From assembly GCF_003334765.1 (NCBI RefSeq), contig NZ_QOWT01000001.1: DNA of 64,000 nucleotides; one strand, given 5' to 3'. The notes beneath the pieces are model-generated. The model saw nothing but the letters and a program-made list of their open reading frames with translations, was not told where the DNA came from and did not search any database. Below are positions 25,201 to 42,180 of this stretch, piece after piece (position 1 is the stretch's first letter; each line of letters starts with the position of its first letter). Made by a program: the position numbers and the translations under genes. Source of the stretch: Escherichia coli. Lineage in GTDB: Bacteria > Pseudomonadota > Gammaproteobacteria > Enterobacterales > Enterobacteriaceae.

Positions 25201-26376
25201 TTACAGCTTGTTGTAAACACGCGCTAAACGGCCGTGGCCTTTGACAGTCACCGGTGATTCGTTGGCGGCAATAAACGCTGATTCACCCGGTTTAAGCTGT
25301 AACTGCTGAGAACCTTTCCACAACGTTGCATCGCCTTCGACGCAGAACAAAATGGCGGCACTCTGCTGGCTAATGGTGGTTTCTTTATCACTAAGGTCAT
25401 GCAGCGAGAAGGCAAAATCATCCACTGGAATCGGGAAGTCCAGTTCTGCACCTTGTTTCACCGGCTGGGTCAACAACTGGTTAGCCGGTTTGGCTTCGAA
25501 TTTCACATTGGCAACCAGTTCCGGAATATCAATGTATTTAGGCGTCAGACCCGCACGCAGCACGTTATCGGAGTTTGCCATCACTTCCAGCGCCACGCCT
25601 TGCAGGTAAGCGTGCGGTGTTTCAGCGAACAGGAACATCGCTTCGCCAGGGTTCAATTTCACCACATTCAGCAATAGCGGGGAGAACAGACCGCTGTCTT
25701 CCGGGTAAAATTCAGAAATTAAACGAATCGTTTGCCACGGTTCACCCTGCTGGCTATCGAGGGCCGATTTTAAAATCGCCAGCGCGCGGGATTTTTCTTC
25801 ACCCTGCATATTCAACAGGCTGGCGAACAGTTCGCTTAAACGTTCGGCATCAGGCTGTTGTAAAAAGTGAGCAATCGCCGGATGTGCACCTGCGACCGGC
25901 TGGAGTAGGGAGACAATCTCGGAAAATTCACGAAACGCGTTCATCGCAAGGAAAGGCGTCAGCGCAAAAACCAGCTCCGGCTTGTGGTTAGGATCTTTAT
26001 AGTTACGCTCGGCGGCATCCATCGGGATACCTGCGGCATTTTCTTTGGCAAAACCGATTTCAGAATTGTGTTTGTTTGGATGAACCTGAATGGAGAGTGG
26101 CTGTGCTGCGCATAATACTTTGAACAGGAAAGGCAGTTCGCCAAAGCGTTTGGCAACGGCCTCTCCGAGCAGAGTCGATTTATCACTCTCAATCACATCA
26201 CGCAGTGAAACGATATCTCCGGCGGCATTCTGCACTCGTGAACTGCTTTTCGGATGTGCGCCCATCCACAGCTCGGCCATCGGCTGGCTGGACGGATTTT
26301 CCATACCATAAAGTTCAGTCAACGCCGTTTTGCTGCCCCAGGCATAGTTTTGCACTGAGTTAATGAGTTTTTGCAT
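25201..26376 (-). CDS. manA: mannose-6-phosphate isomerase
   Basis: start placed at MQKLINSVQNYAWGSKTALTELYG within the 417-aa ORF, giving 391 aa. Confidence 0.92.
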   Translation of the reverse strand: MQKLINSVQNYAWGSKTALTELYGMENPSSQPMAELWMGAHPKSSSRVQNAAGDIVSLRDVIESDKSTLLGEAVAKRFGELPFLFKVLCAAQPLSIQVHPNKHNSEIGFAKENAAGIPMDAAERNYKDPNHKPELVFALTPFLAMNAFREFSEIVSLLQPVAGAHPAIAHFLQQPDAERLSELFASLLNMQGEEKSRALAILKSALDSQQGEPWQTIRLISEFYPEDSGLFSPLLLNVVKLNPGEAMFLFAETPHAYLQGVALEVMANSDNVLRAGLTPKYIDIPELVANVKFEAKPANQLLTQPVKQGAELDFPIPVDDFAFSLHDLSDKETTISQQSAAILFCVEGDATLWKGSQQLQLKPGESAFIAANESPVTVKGHGRLARVYNKL

Positions 26377-26574
26377 GATCAATCCCTGTTTTAATGTGGA
26401 AATTAATCCCACTATTAAAGCAAGAATCCTACGGGAAGTAACCTGGAGCCGCAAAAAGTCGTACTAGTCTCAGTTTTTGTTAAAAAAGTGTGTAGGATAT
26501 TGTTACTCGCTTTTAACAGGGCAACGGAACACCCGCCCAGAGCATAACCAAACCAGGCAGTAAGTGAGAGAACA

Positions 26575-28221
26575 ATGTCAAACAAACCCTTTCATTATCA
26601 GGCTCCTTTTCCACTCAAAAAAGATGATACTGAGTATTACCTGCTAACCAGCGAACACGTTAGCGTATCTGAATTTGAAGGGCAGGAGATTTTGAAAGTC
26701 GCACTCGAAGCGTTAACTCTGTTGGCGCGCCAGGCGTTTCATGATGCGTCGTTCATGCTGCGTCCGGCGCACCAACAACAGGTGGCCGACATTCTGCGTG
26801 ACCCGGAGGCCAGCGAAAATGATAAATATGTGGCGCTGCAATTCCTGCGTAACTCCGACATCGCGGCGAAAGGCGTTCTGCCAACCTGTCAGGATACCGG
26901 CACCGCGATTATTGTTGGTAAAAAAGGGCAGCGTGTATGGACCGGTGGTGGTGATGAAGCGGCGCTGGCGCGCGGTGTCTATAACACTTATATCGAAGAT
27001 AATCTGCGCTACTCGCAAAACGCGCCGCTGGATATGTATAAAGAAGTGAATACCGGCACCAATCTGCCAGCGCAGATCGATCTTTATGCCGTTGATGGCG
27101 ACGAATACAAATTCCTCTGTATCGCCAAAGGTGGTGGTTCGGCAAACAAGACGTATCTCTATCAGGAAACCAAAGCGTTACTGACGCCGGGGAAACTGAA
27201 AAATTACCTGGTTGAGAAGATGCGCACGCTGGGTACGGCGGCCTGTCCTCCGTATCATATTGCGTTCGTTATTGGTGGAACTTCTGCAGAAACGAACCTT
27301 AAAACGGTGAAACTGGCTTCCGCGAAATACTATGATGAACTGCCAACGGAAGGGAATGAGCACGGTCAGGCGTTCCGCGATGTGGAACTGGAAAAAGAAT
27401 TGCTGATCGAAGCGCAAAATCTTGGTCTGGGTGCGCAGTTTGGTGGTAAATACTTCGCTCACGACATCCGCGTGATTCGCCTGCCACGTCACGGCGCATC
27501 CTGCCCGGTCGGTATGGGCGTCTCCTGCTCTGCTGACCGTAATATCAAAGCGAAGATCAACCGTCAGGGGATCTGGATCGAAAAACTGGAACATAATCCA
27601 GGCAAATATATCCCGGAAGAGCTGCGCAAAGCGGGAGAAGGCGAAGCGGTGCGCGTTGACCTTAACCGTCCGATGAAAGAGATCCTCGCACAGTTGTCGC
27701 AGTATCCCGTTTCTACACGCTTATCGCTTAACGGCACGATTATCGTCGGTCGTGATATTGCTCACGCCAAACTGAAAGAGCGGATGGATAACGGTGAAGG
27801 GCTGCCGCAGTACATCAAAGATCATCCGATTTACTACGCGGGTCCGGCCAAAACGCCGGAAGGTTATGCCTCCGGTTCTCTTGGCCCAACGACCGCCGGA
27901 CGGATGGATTCTTATGTCGATCAACTGCAAGCGCAGGGCGGAAGTATGATCATGCTGGCGAAAGGCAACCGCAGCCAGCAGGTGACGGATGCCTGTAAAA
28001 AACACGGCGGCTTCTACCTTGGCAGTATCGGTGGTCCGGCCGCTGTATTGGCGCAGGGAAGTATTAAGAGCCTGGAATGTGTTGAATATCCGGAACTGGG
28101 AATGGAAGCCATCTGGAAAATTGAAGTGGAAGATTTCCCGGCGTTTATCCTTGTGGATGATAAAGGAAATGACTTCTTCCAGCAGATACAACTCACACAA
28201 TGCACCCGCTGTGTGAAATAA
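26575..28221 (+). CDS. fumA: class I fumarate hydratase (Fe-S)
   Basis: 548-aa [33 protein letters not shown]... Confidence 0.93.
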   Translation: MSNKPFHYQAPFPLKKDDTEYYLLTSEHVSVSEFEGQEILKVALEALTLLARQAFHDASFMLRPAHQQQVADILRDPEASENDKYVALQFLRNSDIAAKGVLPTCQDTGTAIIVGKKGQRVWTGGGDEAALARGVYNTYIEDNLRYSQNAPLDMYKEVNTGTNLPAQIDLYAVDGDEYKFLCIAKGGGSANKTYLYQETKALLTPGKLKNYLVEKMRTLGTAACPPYHIAFVIGGTSAETNLKTVKLASAKYYDELPTEGNEHGQAFRDVELEKELLIEAQNLGLGAQFGGKYFAHDIRVIRLPRHGASCPVGMGVSCSADRNIKAKINRQGIWIEKLEHNPGKYIPEELRKAGEGEAVRVDLNRPMKEILAQLSQYPVSTRLSLNGTIIVGRDIAHAKLKERMDNGEGLPQYIKDHPIYYAGPAKTPEGYASGSLGPTTAGRMDSYVDQLQAQGGSMIMLAKGNRSQQVTDACKKHGGFYLGSIGGPAAVLAQGSIKSLECVEYPELGMEAIWKIEVEDFPAFILVDDKGNDFFQQIQLTQCTRCVK

Positions 28222-28226
28222 ACAGA

Positions 28227-28250
28227 GCCGCCCTTCGGGGCGGTTTTTTT
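28227..28250 (+). terminator. rho-independent terminator after fumA
   Basis: gccgccc ttcg gggcgg hairpin followed by a 7-nt T-run. Confidence 0.65.
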
Positions 28251-28363
28251 ACATGGCACGAAAGACCAAACATTTGTTATCAAATGGTAAATAATAAGTG
28301 AGCTAAAAGTTGCTTAACGAAAGCAAAACAGAAAGAAAAAATTAATCAGGTGAGGAGCAGGTC

Positions 28364-30726
<2,363 letters not shown>

Positions 30727-30768
30727 TTATAGCACAGTCGTGGTGACTTGACCATCGTGCGCGTAGTG

Positions 30769-32070
30769 TCAGGCAGAGGTAAATTGCGGGATGTTATGCC
30801 ATAACGGCCAGCTAAACGAGAAGCGGGCACCACCCAGTTCGCTGGTGTCACAATTAACCGTACCGCCCATTGCCAGTGCTATAGAGTGGACAATTGCCAG
30901 CCCCAGCCCGCAGCCGCCGGTTGAGCGATCCCGGCTGGGATCGAGGCGAACAAAAGGTTCAAAGATATGTTCGCGGTTTTCTGGGGCAATCCCTGGGCCA
31001 TCATCCTCAACAATTAATGTCGCTCTATTCCCCGACAGTAGCAGGCTGGTTTCAACCGTTGAATGGCAGTACCGCAGGGCGTTATTGAGCAAATTATCCA
31101 GCACGCGCTCCATTAAGCGCATATCCAACGCCGCATAATGGCCTTGCACGAGCGTTTTTATCCGTACCGTTTTATCGGGCGTTACTGCCTGAATATCTGC
31201 CAGATGCGTTGACAGCCACAACGGCAGGTCTGGTTCGCTAAGATGAAGCTCGTTTTGTGGGCGATCGAGTCGGGCATAAGTCAGCAGCTCTTCAATTAAA
31301 GCTTCAAGTTGACTGATATCACGATTCAACGCCTGGGATTCGGCGGCGCTCAGGTTATCGCTCATCTCCAGTCGATAACGCAGGCGCACTAACGGTGTTC
31401 GCAGTTCGTGAGCGATACCGTCAATAAGCTGTTTTTTGCTGGCAATTAAGGCGTTGATATTGTCCGCCATCTGGTTAAATGCGACGCCAAGTCGTTCAAA
31501 GCTCGAACCCTCATCAAAGTGGATACGTTCATTGAGATGCCCATCGCCAAATCGTTGCGCCGCTGCTTCCAGTTTTAACATATCCTGCCAGTGCGGACGC
31601 ATCCAGATAAACACCGGAAAGGCGAGGGAAATAGCAATAAAAGCGATCAGGGCGATATCCAGCAATCGCATCTGATGGAGATAATAAAGATAAGGAACAG
31701 GACCAACTGCCAGCACGTAGTGGCTGCGCGGGATACGCTGCAAAAACGTGTACTGATCGTCCAGGGCGACAATTTCGCCGCCACGCAGTCGGTGCATGGA
31801 AATATCATCAAGATGGTATTTACTCAGTGGCTCGACACGCAGATCGAAAGAGAGATTTAAATCCATCTCTTTCAGAGTTTTACCCCAGTCGTGTGGGGGG
31901 ATCTCACGCAATTCGCTGCGCATCAGATACAGCGAACTGTTCATCAAATCATCCAGCGACTGTTTGCCCGCGCGTTCGGCGGTAAATTTGTACACCAGCC
32001 CAACCAGCAGAGACATCACAAGGAAGCAGACAAACAATAACAGGTAAAACTGGATAAACAGTTTTTTCAT
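30769..32070 (-). CDS. rstB: two-component sensor histidine kinase
   Basis: 433-aa ORF with two TM segments, H-box HELRTPL, and G-box motifs. Confidence 0.92.
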   Translation of the reverse strand: MKKLFIQFYLLLFVCFLVMSLLVGLVYKFTAERAGKQSLDDLMNSSLYLMRSELREIPPHDWGKTLKEMDLNLSFDLRVEPLSKYHLDDISMHRLRGGEIVALDDQYTFLQRIPRSHYVLAVGPVPYLYYLHQMRLLDIALIAFIAISLAFPVFIWMRPHWQDMLKLEAAAQRFGDGHLNERIHFDEGSSFERLGVAFNQMADNINALIASKKQLIDGIAHELRTPLVRLRYRLEMSDNLSAAESQALNRDISQLEALIEELLTYARLDRPQNELHLSEPDLPLWLSTHLADIQAVTPDKTVRIKTLVQGHYAALDMRLMERVLDNLLNNALRYCHSTVETSLLLSGNRATLIVEDDGPGIAPENREHIFEPFVRLDPSRDRSTGGCGLGLAIVHSIALAMGGTVNCDTSELGGARFSFSWPLWHNIPQFTSA

Positions 32071-32073
32071 CGC

Positions 32074-32793
32074 TTATTCCCATGCATGAGGCGCAAAAAG
32101 ATAGCCTTTGTTACGCACAGTTTTAATGCGATAAGGTTCTGCGGCGTTATCGAGCAGTTTTTTTCTTAACCGCGAAATAGCCACGTCCACGCTACGATCC
32201 AGTCCGTCATAACTGACGCCGCGTAAATTTTTCAGCAATGCATCGCGGTCCATGATTTGCCCGGCATGGGTAGCTAATTCCCACAATAATTCGAAATCAG
32301 CTGTCGAGAGCGAGATTTCAGTGTTAGCCAGGGTGACTACGCGGTTGATGGGATCGATGGTCAACGTGCCGAAATGCAGGGCTTTGTAGGGAGTCAGAGA
32401 CGTTTCCTGAAGACCTTTGGTCAGTGTGGCTTGCTCATTCTGACGCAAATGCAAACGTAAACGCGCTAGCAAAACAGCAGGGGGCGTCGTTTTGAGAATA
32501 TAGTCGCAGGCACCCATTTCCAGTGCCAGGATGTGGTTCATATCGCTATCGAGAGAGGTTAGAAGAACAATCGGTCCAGACCACTTTGCGCGTAAATCAC
32601 GACAAATGGTCATGCCGTCCTTGCCTGGTAGCATGATGTCGAGTAACACCAAATCCGGATTTTCTCGCAAAATGGTTTCTTCGGCCTGGTCGCCGCGCGG
32701 CTCTACGGTAACCTGCATATCATGTTTTGCCAGGTACGCGGCAATCAGTGAACCGACTTCCGCATCATCTTCCACAAATACGATAGTGTTCAT
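32074..32793 (-). CDS. rstA: OmpR-family response regulator
   Basis: start placed at MNTIVFVEDDAEVGSLIAAYL within the 259-aa ORF, giving 239 aa. Confidence 0.9.
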   Translation of the reverse strand: MNTIVFVEDDAEVGSLIAAYLAKHDMQVTVEPRGDQAEETILRENPDLVLLDIMLPGKDGMTICRDLRAKWSGPIVLLTSLDSDMNHILALEMGACDYILKTTPPAVLLARLRLHLRQNEQATLTKGLQETSLTPYKALHFGTLTIDPINRVVTLANTEISLSTADFELLWELATHAGQIMDRDALLKNLRGVSYDGLDRSVDVAISRLRKKLLDNAAEPYRIKTVRNKGYLFAPHAWE

Positions 32794-32921
32794 AACATTC
32801 ACGGTAGATATAAAAACGTCACAATACACCGCGCTGTTTTTACTTACTATCAATCGTTTCTAAACAAGTTTTCATCAGGTATTCTACTGATGACTTGTTA
32901 TGGAAGTGTTAAGGTAAAAAG

Positions 32922-33257
32922 ATGGGGCTGGTAATCAAAGCCGCGCTCGGTGCGCTGATAGTGCTGTTGATTGGTGTTTTAGCAAAAACGAAAAATTATT
33001 ATATCGCCGGGCTGATTCCACTTTTCCCGACCTTTGCGCTTATCGCGCATTATATTGTTGCCAGCGAACGCGGCATTGAAGCCTTACGCGCAACCATCAT
33101 TTTTAGTATGTGGTCGATTATTCCCTATTTTGTTTACCTGGTGTCGCTGTGGTATTTCACCGGAATGATGCGCTTGCCCGCCGCTTTTGTTGGTTCTGTT
33201 GCGTGTTGGGGGATAAGCGCATGGGTGTTGATTATATGCTGGATAAAGCTGCATTAA
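32922..33257 (+). CDS. ydgC: GlpM-family inner membrane protein
   Basis: 111-aa hydrophobic ORF. Confidence 0.85.
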   Translation: MGLVIKAALGALIVLLIGVLAKTKNYYIAGLIPLFPTFALIAHYIVASERGIEALRATIIFSMWSIIPYFVYLVSLWYFTGMMRLPAAFVGSVACWGISAWVLIICWIKLH

Positions 33258-33976
33258 CGCAGATGACGACCGCCATCAAGTGGGAAACTGCGTCCGGTGA
33301 CAAAGCAACTGGTAAGTAAGTAATCGACCAGGTCGATCACTTCTTTCTCGCCAGGCGCGGTTTTCATCAGTGATTTATTCAGCGCCTGTTGTCGATATTC
33401 GGCATCATCATGTTCATTAAACAGGATCAGCGATGGCGCAATAGAATTCACTTTCACTTCCGGTGCCAGCTTGCGGGCAAACGAGCGGGTCATATTATCC
33501 AGTGCCGCTTTGCTTGCAGCATACGCAATATGTTTGTCGCTACCGCGCTCCACCACATAATCGGTAAAGTGAATGATATCGCTGGCGGCGTGTCCGTGCC
33601 CACGCAGTAATCTTTCCAGCGCATGGTTGAGCAGGTATGGGGTATTAACGTGGATCTGCATCATGCAAGCCAGTACGTCGGCCAGTGGCGCACCCGGTTT
33701 TTCCGCCATCCACGCACTGGCGTTATGCAAAATAGCACGCAGACCATGGGTGCTTTTTAGTACTTCATCGGCAAACGCCATCACACCGTCGTTGGTCGAA
33801 AAATCAGCCTGAATACACTGCGCACCTGCATTAATCAGTCCATCAATGGCTGGATAGTGTGTCCGATAGCTGACAATCACCGGTTGCTTTTGATTAATGA
33901 AATGCCATGCGAGGGCGAGGCCGATGCGACGACCTCCGCCAGTAATTAATATTGGCAAGGGCTGGGTTTTACCCAT
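33254..33976 (-). CDS. folM: dihydromonapterin/dihydrofolate reductase (SDR)
   Basis: 240-aa ORF MGKTQPLPILITGGGRRIGLALAWHF (Rossmann motif). Confidence 0.9.
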   Translation of the reverse strand: MGKTQPLPILITGGGRRIGLALAWHFINQKQPVIVSYRTHYPAIDGLINAGAQCIQADFSTNDGVMAFADEVLKSTHGLRAILHNASAWMAEKPGAPLADVLACMMQIHVNTPYLLNHALERLLRGHGHAASDIIHFTDYVVERGSDKHIAYAASKAALDNMTRSFARKLAPEVKVNSIAPSLILFNEHDDAEYRQQALNKSLMKTAPGEKEVIDLVDYLLTSCFVTGRSFPLDGGRHLR

Positions 33977-34012
33977 CGTTATCTCCTTTGCTATCCAACG
34001 ATGGGATGAACG

Positions 34013-35395
34013 TTATCCCACCAGCATCCAGGTCGCCGGAACTGAGGCAATTAACAGCATGCCAATCAGCACCATTTCCTGACGGTTCAGTACATTATCA
34101 TGGGTATGCGTTTTGCGCGCGTACAGGAAAACCAGCAGCCCCGGTGCATACAGAACAACGGATAACAGCAAGTGCATTGGACCAGAGGCGTACAATAACC
34201 ATAAGCCATAAATGCAGGCACCGACACCTACCGCTTTATGCAGTGGACGGGTTGCGATTTTCAGCAAGAACGCGCCGACCAGGAAATAGGGCACCAGAAT
34301 CATTTCTGAGGCGATGGTCAGCAACGTGTTGTAATCGGAACCGGTCAGCCAGATGAGTACCAGACAAATTTGCACGCAGATGTTGGTCAACCACAGTGAG
34401 GCGGATGGCGCAGCTTGTGCGTTCTGGCGCGCAAAAATGCGCGGGAATGCTTTATGAGTGGCGGCCAGGAACGGTACTTCTGCTGCCATGATGGTCCAGC
34501 TTAAGTACGCGCCGCAAACGGAAACGATCAAACCGGCAGCGATGATGATTTCGCCCCATGGTCCCATCATTTCCACCATCAGACCGGCCATTGACGGGTT
34601 ACGAATTTCAGCCAGTTCAGGACGTGCCACCACACCCAGCGAAAGCAGCGTTACCAGCAAGTAAACGCCCAGAGCGGAGAGAACCGCCAGCAGTGTCGCT
34701 TTGCCAACATCACGTTTATTACGCGCACGCGCAGAAACAACCACGGCACCTTCCACACCAATGAAAACCCACAGGGTGATCAGCATGGTGTTTTTCACCT
34801 GTTCCCAAACGGGTACGCCAAGTGCAAGTCCGGTGAAGTCGAGCTTGAAGGTATCCAGTTTGAACATCATCATCGCCAGCACAACAAACAGACCCAGCGG
34901 CAACAATTTTGCCAGTGTCGCCACCAGGTTAATGCTGGCAGCGGTTTGCACCCCGCGCAGGATCAAAAAGTGAACAATCCACAATAAAGCCGATGCACCG
35001 ACTATCGATTGCCAGGTATTACCATCGCCAAACAGGCGCAATTCCGGCGTGTCCGTAAAAAAGCTTAACGCGGAAAAAACGATCACCAGATAGGAGACGT
35101 TGGCGATGACTGCGCACAGCCAGTATCCCCATGCGGAACAAAAGCCGATTAGCTCGCCAAACCCTTCGCGGGCATAGGTAAAGATACCGCCGTCAAGTTC
35201 GGGACGAATGCGCGTGAGGATCAGCATGGCAAAGGCCAGCAATAAAATGCCAGCGCCAGTAATACCCCAGCCGATGAGCAGTGCTGCCGGGCTGGCAACT
35301 GCCGCCATATTTTGCGGCAGACTGAAAACACCCGCGCCCAGCATTGAGCTTAATACCAGCGCGGTGAGTGCGCTCAGTCCCAGTTTCTTTTCCAT
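34013..35395 (-). CDS. ydgI: APC-family amino acid transporter (putative arginine:ornithine antiporter)
   Basis: 460-aa ORF, about 12 TM segments. Confidence 0.88.
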   Translation of the reverse strand: MEKKLGLSALTALVLSSMLGAGVFSLPQNMAAVASPAALLIGWGITGAGILLLAFAMLILTRIRPELDGGIFTYAREGFGELIGFCSAWGYWLCAVIANVSYLVIVFSALSFFTDTPELRLFGDGNTWQSIVGASALLWIVHFLILRGVQTAASINLVATLAKLLPLGLFVVLAMMMFKLDTFKLDFTGLALGVPVWEQVKNTMLITLWVFIGVEGAVVVSARARNKRDVGKATLLAVLSALGVYLLVTLLSLGVVARPELAEIRNPSMAGLMVEMMGPWGEIIIAAGLIVSVCGAYLSWTIMAAEVPFLAATHKAFPRIFARQNAQAAPSASLWLTNICVQICLVLIWLTGSDYNTLLTIASEMILVPYFLVGAFLLKIATRPLHKAVGVGACIYGLWLLYASGPMHLLLSVVLYAPGLLVFLYARKTHTHDNVLNRQEMVLIGMLLIASVPATWMLVG

Positions 35396-35580
35396 CGATA
35401 TCCAGTGATTAAAACGTGATAAGAAGAATAAATATTAGGGCAAAACGCATAAAAATGGAGTTTGCCACTGAAGCGCGGGATTTTACGAAGAGATGTGTCT
35501 GCATGCAATGGTCGCGGGGAAATTTGTGACTAAAAATGCGAAAGGCGGCATCAAGCCGCCTTATAGGAGTAACTGAATAG

Positions 35581-36525
35581 TTATTTATACAGATCTGCGC
35601 TGACGGTCAGGTTATTACCACGTTCCTGCCACTGGCGGGTGATGTGGTAATACTTAGCACCTTTCTTCGCGGCACGTTTCGCAACCTGATAGGAGACTTC
35701 GGTCATGTTGCCGTAGTTGCCAGAGAATTTGATGCTGTCGAACGGGACCATCATCGCTGCGGTCGCTTTGTTCAGTTCTTCGACTTTAGTGCCATCCGGG
35801 AGCGTGACGGTGTAACGCCCGCCTTTTGATGACTGGGTTTCAAAGAAGCGACCGACTTCAGAACTTGGTGATGCGGTAGTCGCAACACCCGGGATCTCAA
35901 CTTTCTTCGCGGCTTCGCCACCGGCAGCCAGAGCTGCACGTCCTGCTTCGGAATCTGCCGGGATCACATCCGGGCTCTGGACGATACGTTTCTTAGCATC
36001 TTTTTTATAGATGAATGCAGTAATACGCTGGTTGCCGCCCTGGTTGGCATCGATTTGACGAACGATGTAGAAAGAGTAGGCACCTTTCGCTTTTGCCGCT
36101 TTGGTGATGGCATCATTGACTTCTGGCTGGCTACGATAGAAGCCCTGGACGGTGACCGTGTCAAACGGTTCAATCAGAACAGCCTGATCTTTCGGCAGTT
36201 CGACAACACCGTTAATTACGCGATTACTTGTTTCTTCTGCTTTTTCAGCATCGGCTTTATAGAGGTCAGCGACCACACGCCAGTTACCGCTGTTACCAAA
36301 ATCAGAAGTGTCGACAACATAAAAAGAGGCGGCACCTTCTTTATCTGCGCGACGAGAAACGGCTTTCACCGCTTCGCCAATAGCATTAAAACGACCGGTA
36401 ACCACTACACGGTCAAAAGGTTTAACCGCTGCCGCTTGCTCCGGTGTCAGTTCTGTTGCTGCGTTAACGGAGAATGCCGTAGCAGAAAGCAGTGCCGACG
36501 CCAGGAGGGTGTTCTTAAGCTTCAT
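35581..36525 (-). CDS. ydgH: DUF1471 repeat periplasmic protein
   Basis: 314-aa ORF with signal peptide and three repeated YdgH/BhsA-like domains. Confidence 0.88.
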   Translation of the reverse strand: MKLKNTLLASALLSATAFSVNAATELTPEQAAAVKPFDRVVVTGRFNAIGEAVKAVSRRADKEGAASFYVVDTSDFGNSGNWRVVADLYKADAEKAEETSNRVINGVVELPKDQAVLIEPFDTVTVQGFYRSQPEVNDAITKAAKAKGAYSFYIVRQIDANQGGNQRITAFIYKKDAKKRIVQSPDVIPADSEAGRAALAAGGEAAKKVEIPGVATTASPSSEVGRFFETQSSKGGRYTVTLPDGTKVEELNKATAAMMVPFDSIKFSGNYGNMTEVSYQVAKRAAKKGAKYYHITRQWQERGNNLTVSADLYK

Positions 36526-36985
36526 AAAAATAATCCTTCGCCTTGCGCAAACCAGGTACTGGTATTGTTATTAACGAGAAACGTGGCTGATTATTGCATT
36601 TAAACGGTGTAACTGTCTGCGTCATTTTTCATATCACATTCCTTAAGCCAATTTTAATCCTGCTCAAATGACCGTCTATGCTTAAAAAACAGCCGTATCA
36701 GCATCATTACTACTGAAGCAACTGAATTGTATAAGTTAATTTAATGTTAAGTAGTGATTCGTGCCGGGGCGATGTCTCGTTTTACCCGACCGTCGAAGAC
36801 AATTATCAGTCTTTATCCGGCGTTCTAAGGTGTTTATCCCACTATCACGGCTGAATCGTTAATATTTTGCGAGTTCACGCCGAAATACTGATTTTTGGCG
36901 CTAGATCACAGGCATAATTTTCAGTACGTTATAGGGCGTTTGTTACTAATTTATTTTAACGGAGTAACATTTAGCTCGTACATGA

Positions 36986-38581
<1,596 letters not shown>

Positions 38582-38588
38582 GGGGTAA

Positions 38589-39980
<1,392 letters not shown>

Positions 39981-39983
39981 CCC

Positions 39984-40016
39984 TGACGGCCTCTGCTGAG
40001 GCCGTCACTCTTTATT
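39984..40016. terminator. bidirectional terminator between convergent pntB and tqsA
   Basis: tgacggcctc/gaggccgtca hairpin followed by ctctttatt; overlaps the tqsA stop. Confidence 0.55.
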
Positions 40017-41039
40017 GAGATCGCTTAACAGAACGGCGATGCTTTGACCTCCCGCTGTTTGTTCAAGCGCAATTTTGACAATAATTGTCAACGGCACGGA
40101 AAGCAGCATACCCACCGGTCCTAACAACCATCCCCAAAAAATCAACGACAAAAATACCACCAATGTGGAAAGCCCCAGCCCACGCCCCATGATACGCGGC
40201 TCCAGAATATTGCCGAAGACCAGATTAATCAGCAGATATCCCGCCAGCACCAGCAACGCTTCGTAGAAGCCATTAAACACCAGTACCTGAGCGATAGGGG
40301 GGATTGCCGCGAGGACTGAACCAATATTCGGGATGTAATTAAGCGCAAAGGCCAGCAATCCCCAGACAAAAACGAAGCGAACATCGAGTGCGGCGAGCAT
40401 CGCCCAGGCGACCAGGCCGGTGATGATGCTGATGGCTGTTTTCAGCACCAGATAATGAGAAACACTGTCAATCGCACGTTGAATCGCCGCCATCCCTTCA
40501 ACCGGACGCGCCATCATTTGCTGAAATTTTCCGGGCAATTGTGGCACTTCGAGCAGCATAAACAGCACCGTCAGCAGCAATAAAAATATTGATGACATGG
40601 CATTAGATAACTGCGTCAATAAGTTGGTGAGCAACGTCATCGCCGCGTTCGGATCAATATAATGCGCCAGCTGGTCAACTGAGACGTCAATCCCTACGCG
40701 TTGCAACAACGGTTCAAGCGCTTGCAGCGGCGTCATAATAGAGTTGCGATATTGCGGTAACGTCCGCGTCAACTCGTTGAGCGCGGAACCCAGATAAGCT
40801 AATAGCAACACCATCGCCATCACGATGATGGTCATCAAAATCGACACCGCCAGTACACGCGGCACACGCCAGCGGACCATGTGTTGCACCAGCGGGTTAA
40901 GAATAACAGCAATAAATAATGCGAGAATAAACGGCACGATGATCTCGGCGGCAAAACGGATACCGCAGAGAATAATGACCAGCATTCCCAACATAATGAC
41001 GATTTTTAGGCCATTGAGCGTGATGATCGGCTTTGCCAT
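40005..41039 (-). CDS. tqsA: AI-2E family transporter (autoinducer-2 exporter)
   Basis: 344-aa polytopic membrane ORF. Confidence 0.9.
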   Translation of the reverse strand: MAKPIITLNGLKIVIMLGMLVIILCGIRFAAEIIVPFILALFIAVILNPLVQHMVRWRVPRVLAVSILMTIIVMAMVLLLAYLGSALNELTRTLPQYRNSIMTPLQALEPLLQRVGIDVSVDQLAHYIDPNAAMTLLTNLLTQLSNAMSSIFLLLLTVLFMLLEVPQLPGKFQQMMARPVEGMAAIQRAIDSVSHYLVLKTAISIITGLVAWAMLAALDVRFVFVWGLLAFALNYIPNIGSVLAAIPPIAQVLVFNGFYEALLVLAGYLLINLVFGNILEPRIMGRGLGLSTLVVFLSLIFWGWLLGPVGMLLSVPLTIIVKIALEQTAGGQSIAVLLSDLNKE

Positions 41040-41450
41040 GCTTGTCCCCGTTTTTTCTTCCTTTGCTAATAATAATGTCTTTTTCGCTCCGTCATCATAA
41101 CGAAAATCAAACCGCTCAGGTAAAGAAGTGAAAATATTTTGAGTTAATTCTTAAGCTATGATACAAATCAGGCGTGTTCAACTACCGAGGACAATTATCA
41201 TCCGCGATGACGAGAAGCAACACTGCGGATAATTGTAATATTATGGACAATTTGTTCAGGACGTTATTTTCTACATTTACCCATCTTCGTACCTCATCCA
41301 CTATCTTGCTCGTAGGTGAGCAGCACTGGCGCAACGCGCTTTAGTCCTTTCTTCTGCCAAAGCTTGCGCTATGCGCGGGGCTTGACCACTTTACTTTGGT
41401 TTCGCTGAATTAAGCGAAAATTAAAATAATTCTCTTGCAGGAGAAGGACA

Positions 41451-41816
41451 ATGTATATTTATTGGATTTTATTAGGTCTGGCTATTGCTACAGAAATTAC
41501 CGGTACGCTGTCAATGAAATGGGCGAGCGTCAGTGAGGGAAATGGCGGCTTTATTTTAATGCTGGTGATGATTTCTCTGTCGTATATATTTCTCTCTTTC
41601 GCCGTTAAAAAAATCGCCTTAGGCGTAGCTTATGCGCTGTGGGAAGGTATCGGTATTTTATTTATTACCTTGTTTAGCGTTTTGTTATTCGACGAAAGTT
41701 TATCGCTGATGAAAATTGCCGGGTTAACCACCCTGGTCGCCGGGATTGTGTTGATAAAATCAGGTACCCGTAAAGCGCGTAAACCTGAACTGGAGGTGAA
41801 CCATGGCGCAGTTTGA
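41451..41816 (+). CDS. mdtJ: SMR-family spermidine export protein MdtJ
   Basis: 121-aa ORF with four TM helices; overlaps mdtI start. Confidence 0.9.
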
Positions 41817-42132
41817 ATGGGTTCACGCCGCCTGGCTGGCATTGGCAATCGTGCTGGAAATCGTTGCTAACGTCTTTTTGAAATTTTCTGACGGCTTTCG
41901 TCGCAAAATATTTGGCTTGCTCTCCCTGGCGGCGGTGCTGGCTGCCTTTAGTGCGCTTTCTCAAGCCGTTAAAGGGATCGACTTGTCTGTCGCTTATGCA
42001 TTGTGGGGCGGGTTTGGTATTGCCGCCACGTTAGCCGCAGGTTGGATCTTGTTTGGTCAACGGTTAAATCGTAAAGGCTGGATTGGCCTGGTCTTGCTGT
42101 TGGCTGGAATGATCATGGTGAAACTTGCCTGA
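41803..42132 (+). CDS. mdtI: SMR-family spermidine export protein MdtI
   Basis: 109-aa ORF with four TM helices. Confidence 0.9.
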
Positions 42133-42137
42133 TGAAG

Positions 42138-42180
42138 ACGCTGCCCGCGCTGTCGGGCAGCGTTTGAACATTATTTTTGC
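42138..42180 (+). terminator. hairpin plus T-rich tract after mdtI, between convergent mdtI and ydgD
   Basis: acgctgcccg/cgggcagcgt stem followed by ttgaacattattttt. Confidence 0.5.

Noticed and set aside
27178-27594. 138-aa minus-strand ORF inside fumA; similar antisense ORFs inside ynfG (51438-52058) and uidA (20034-20648)
   Set aside because: Embedded antisense frames within strongly supported genes.
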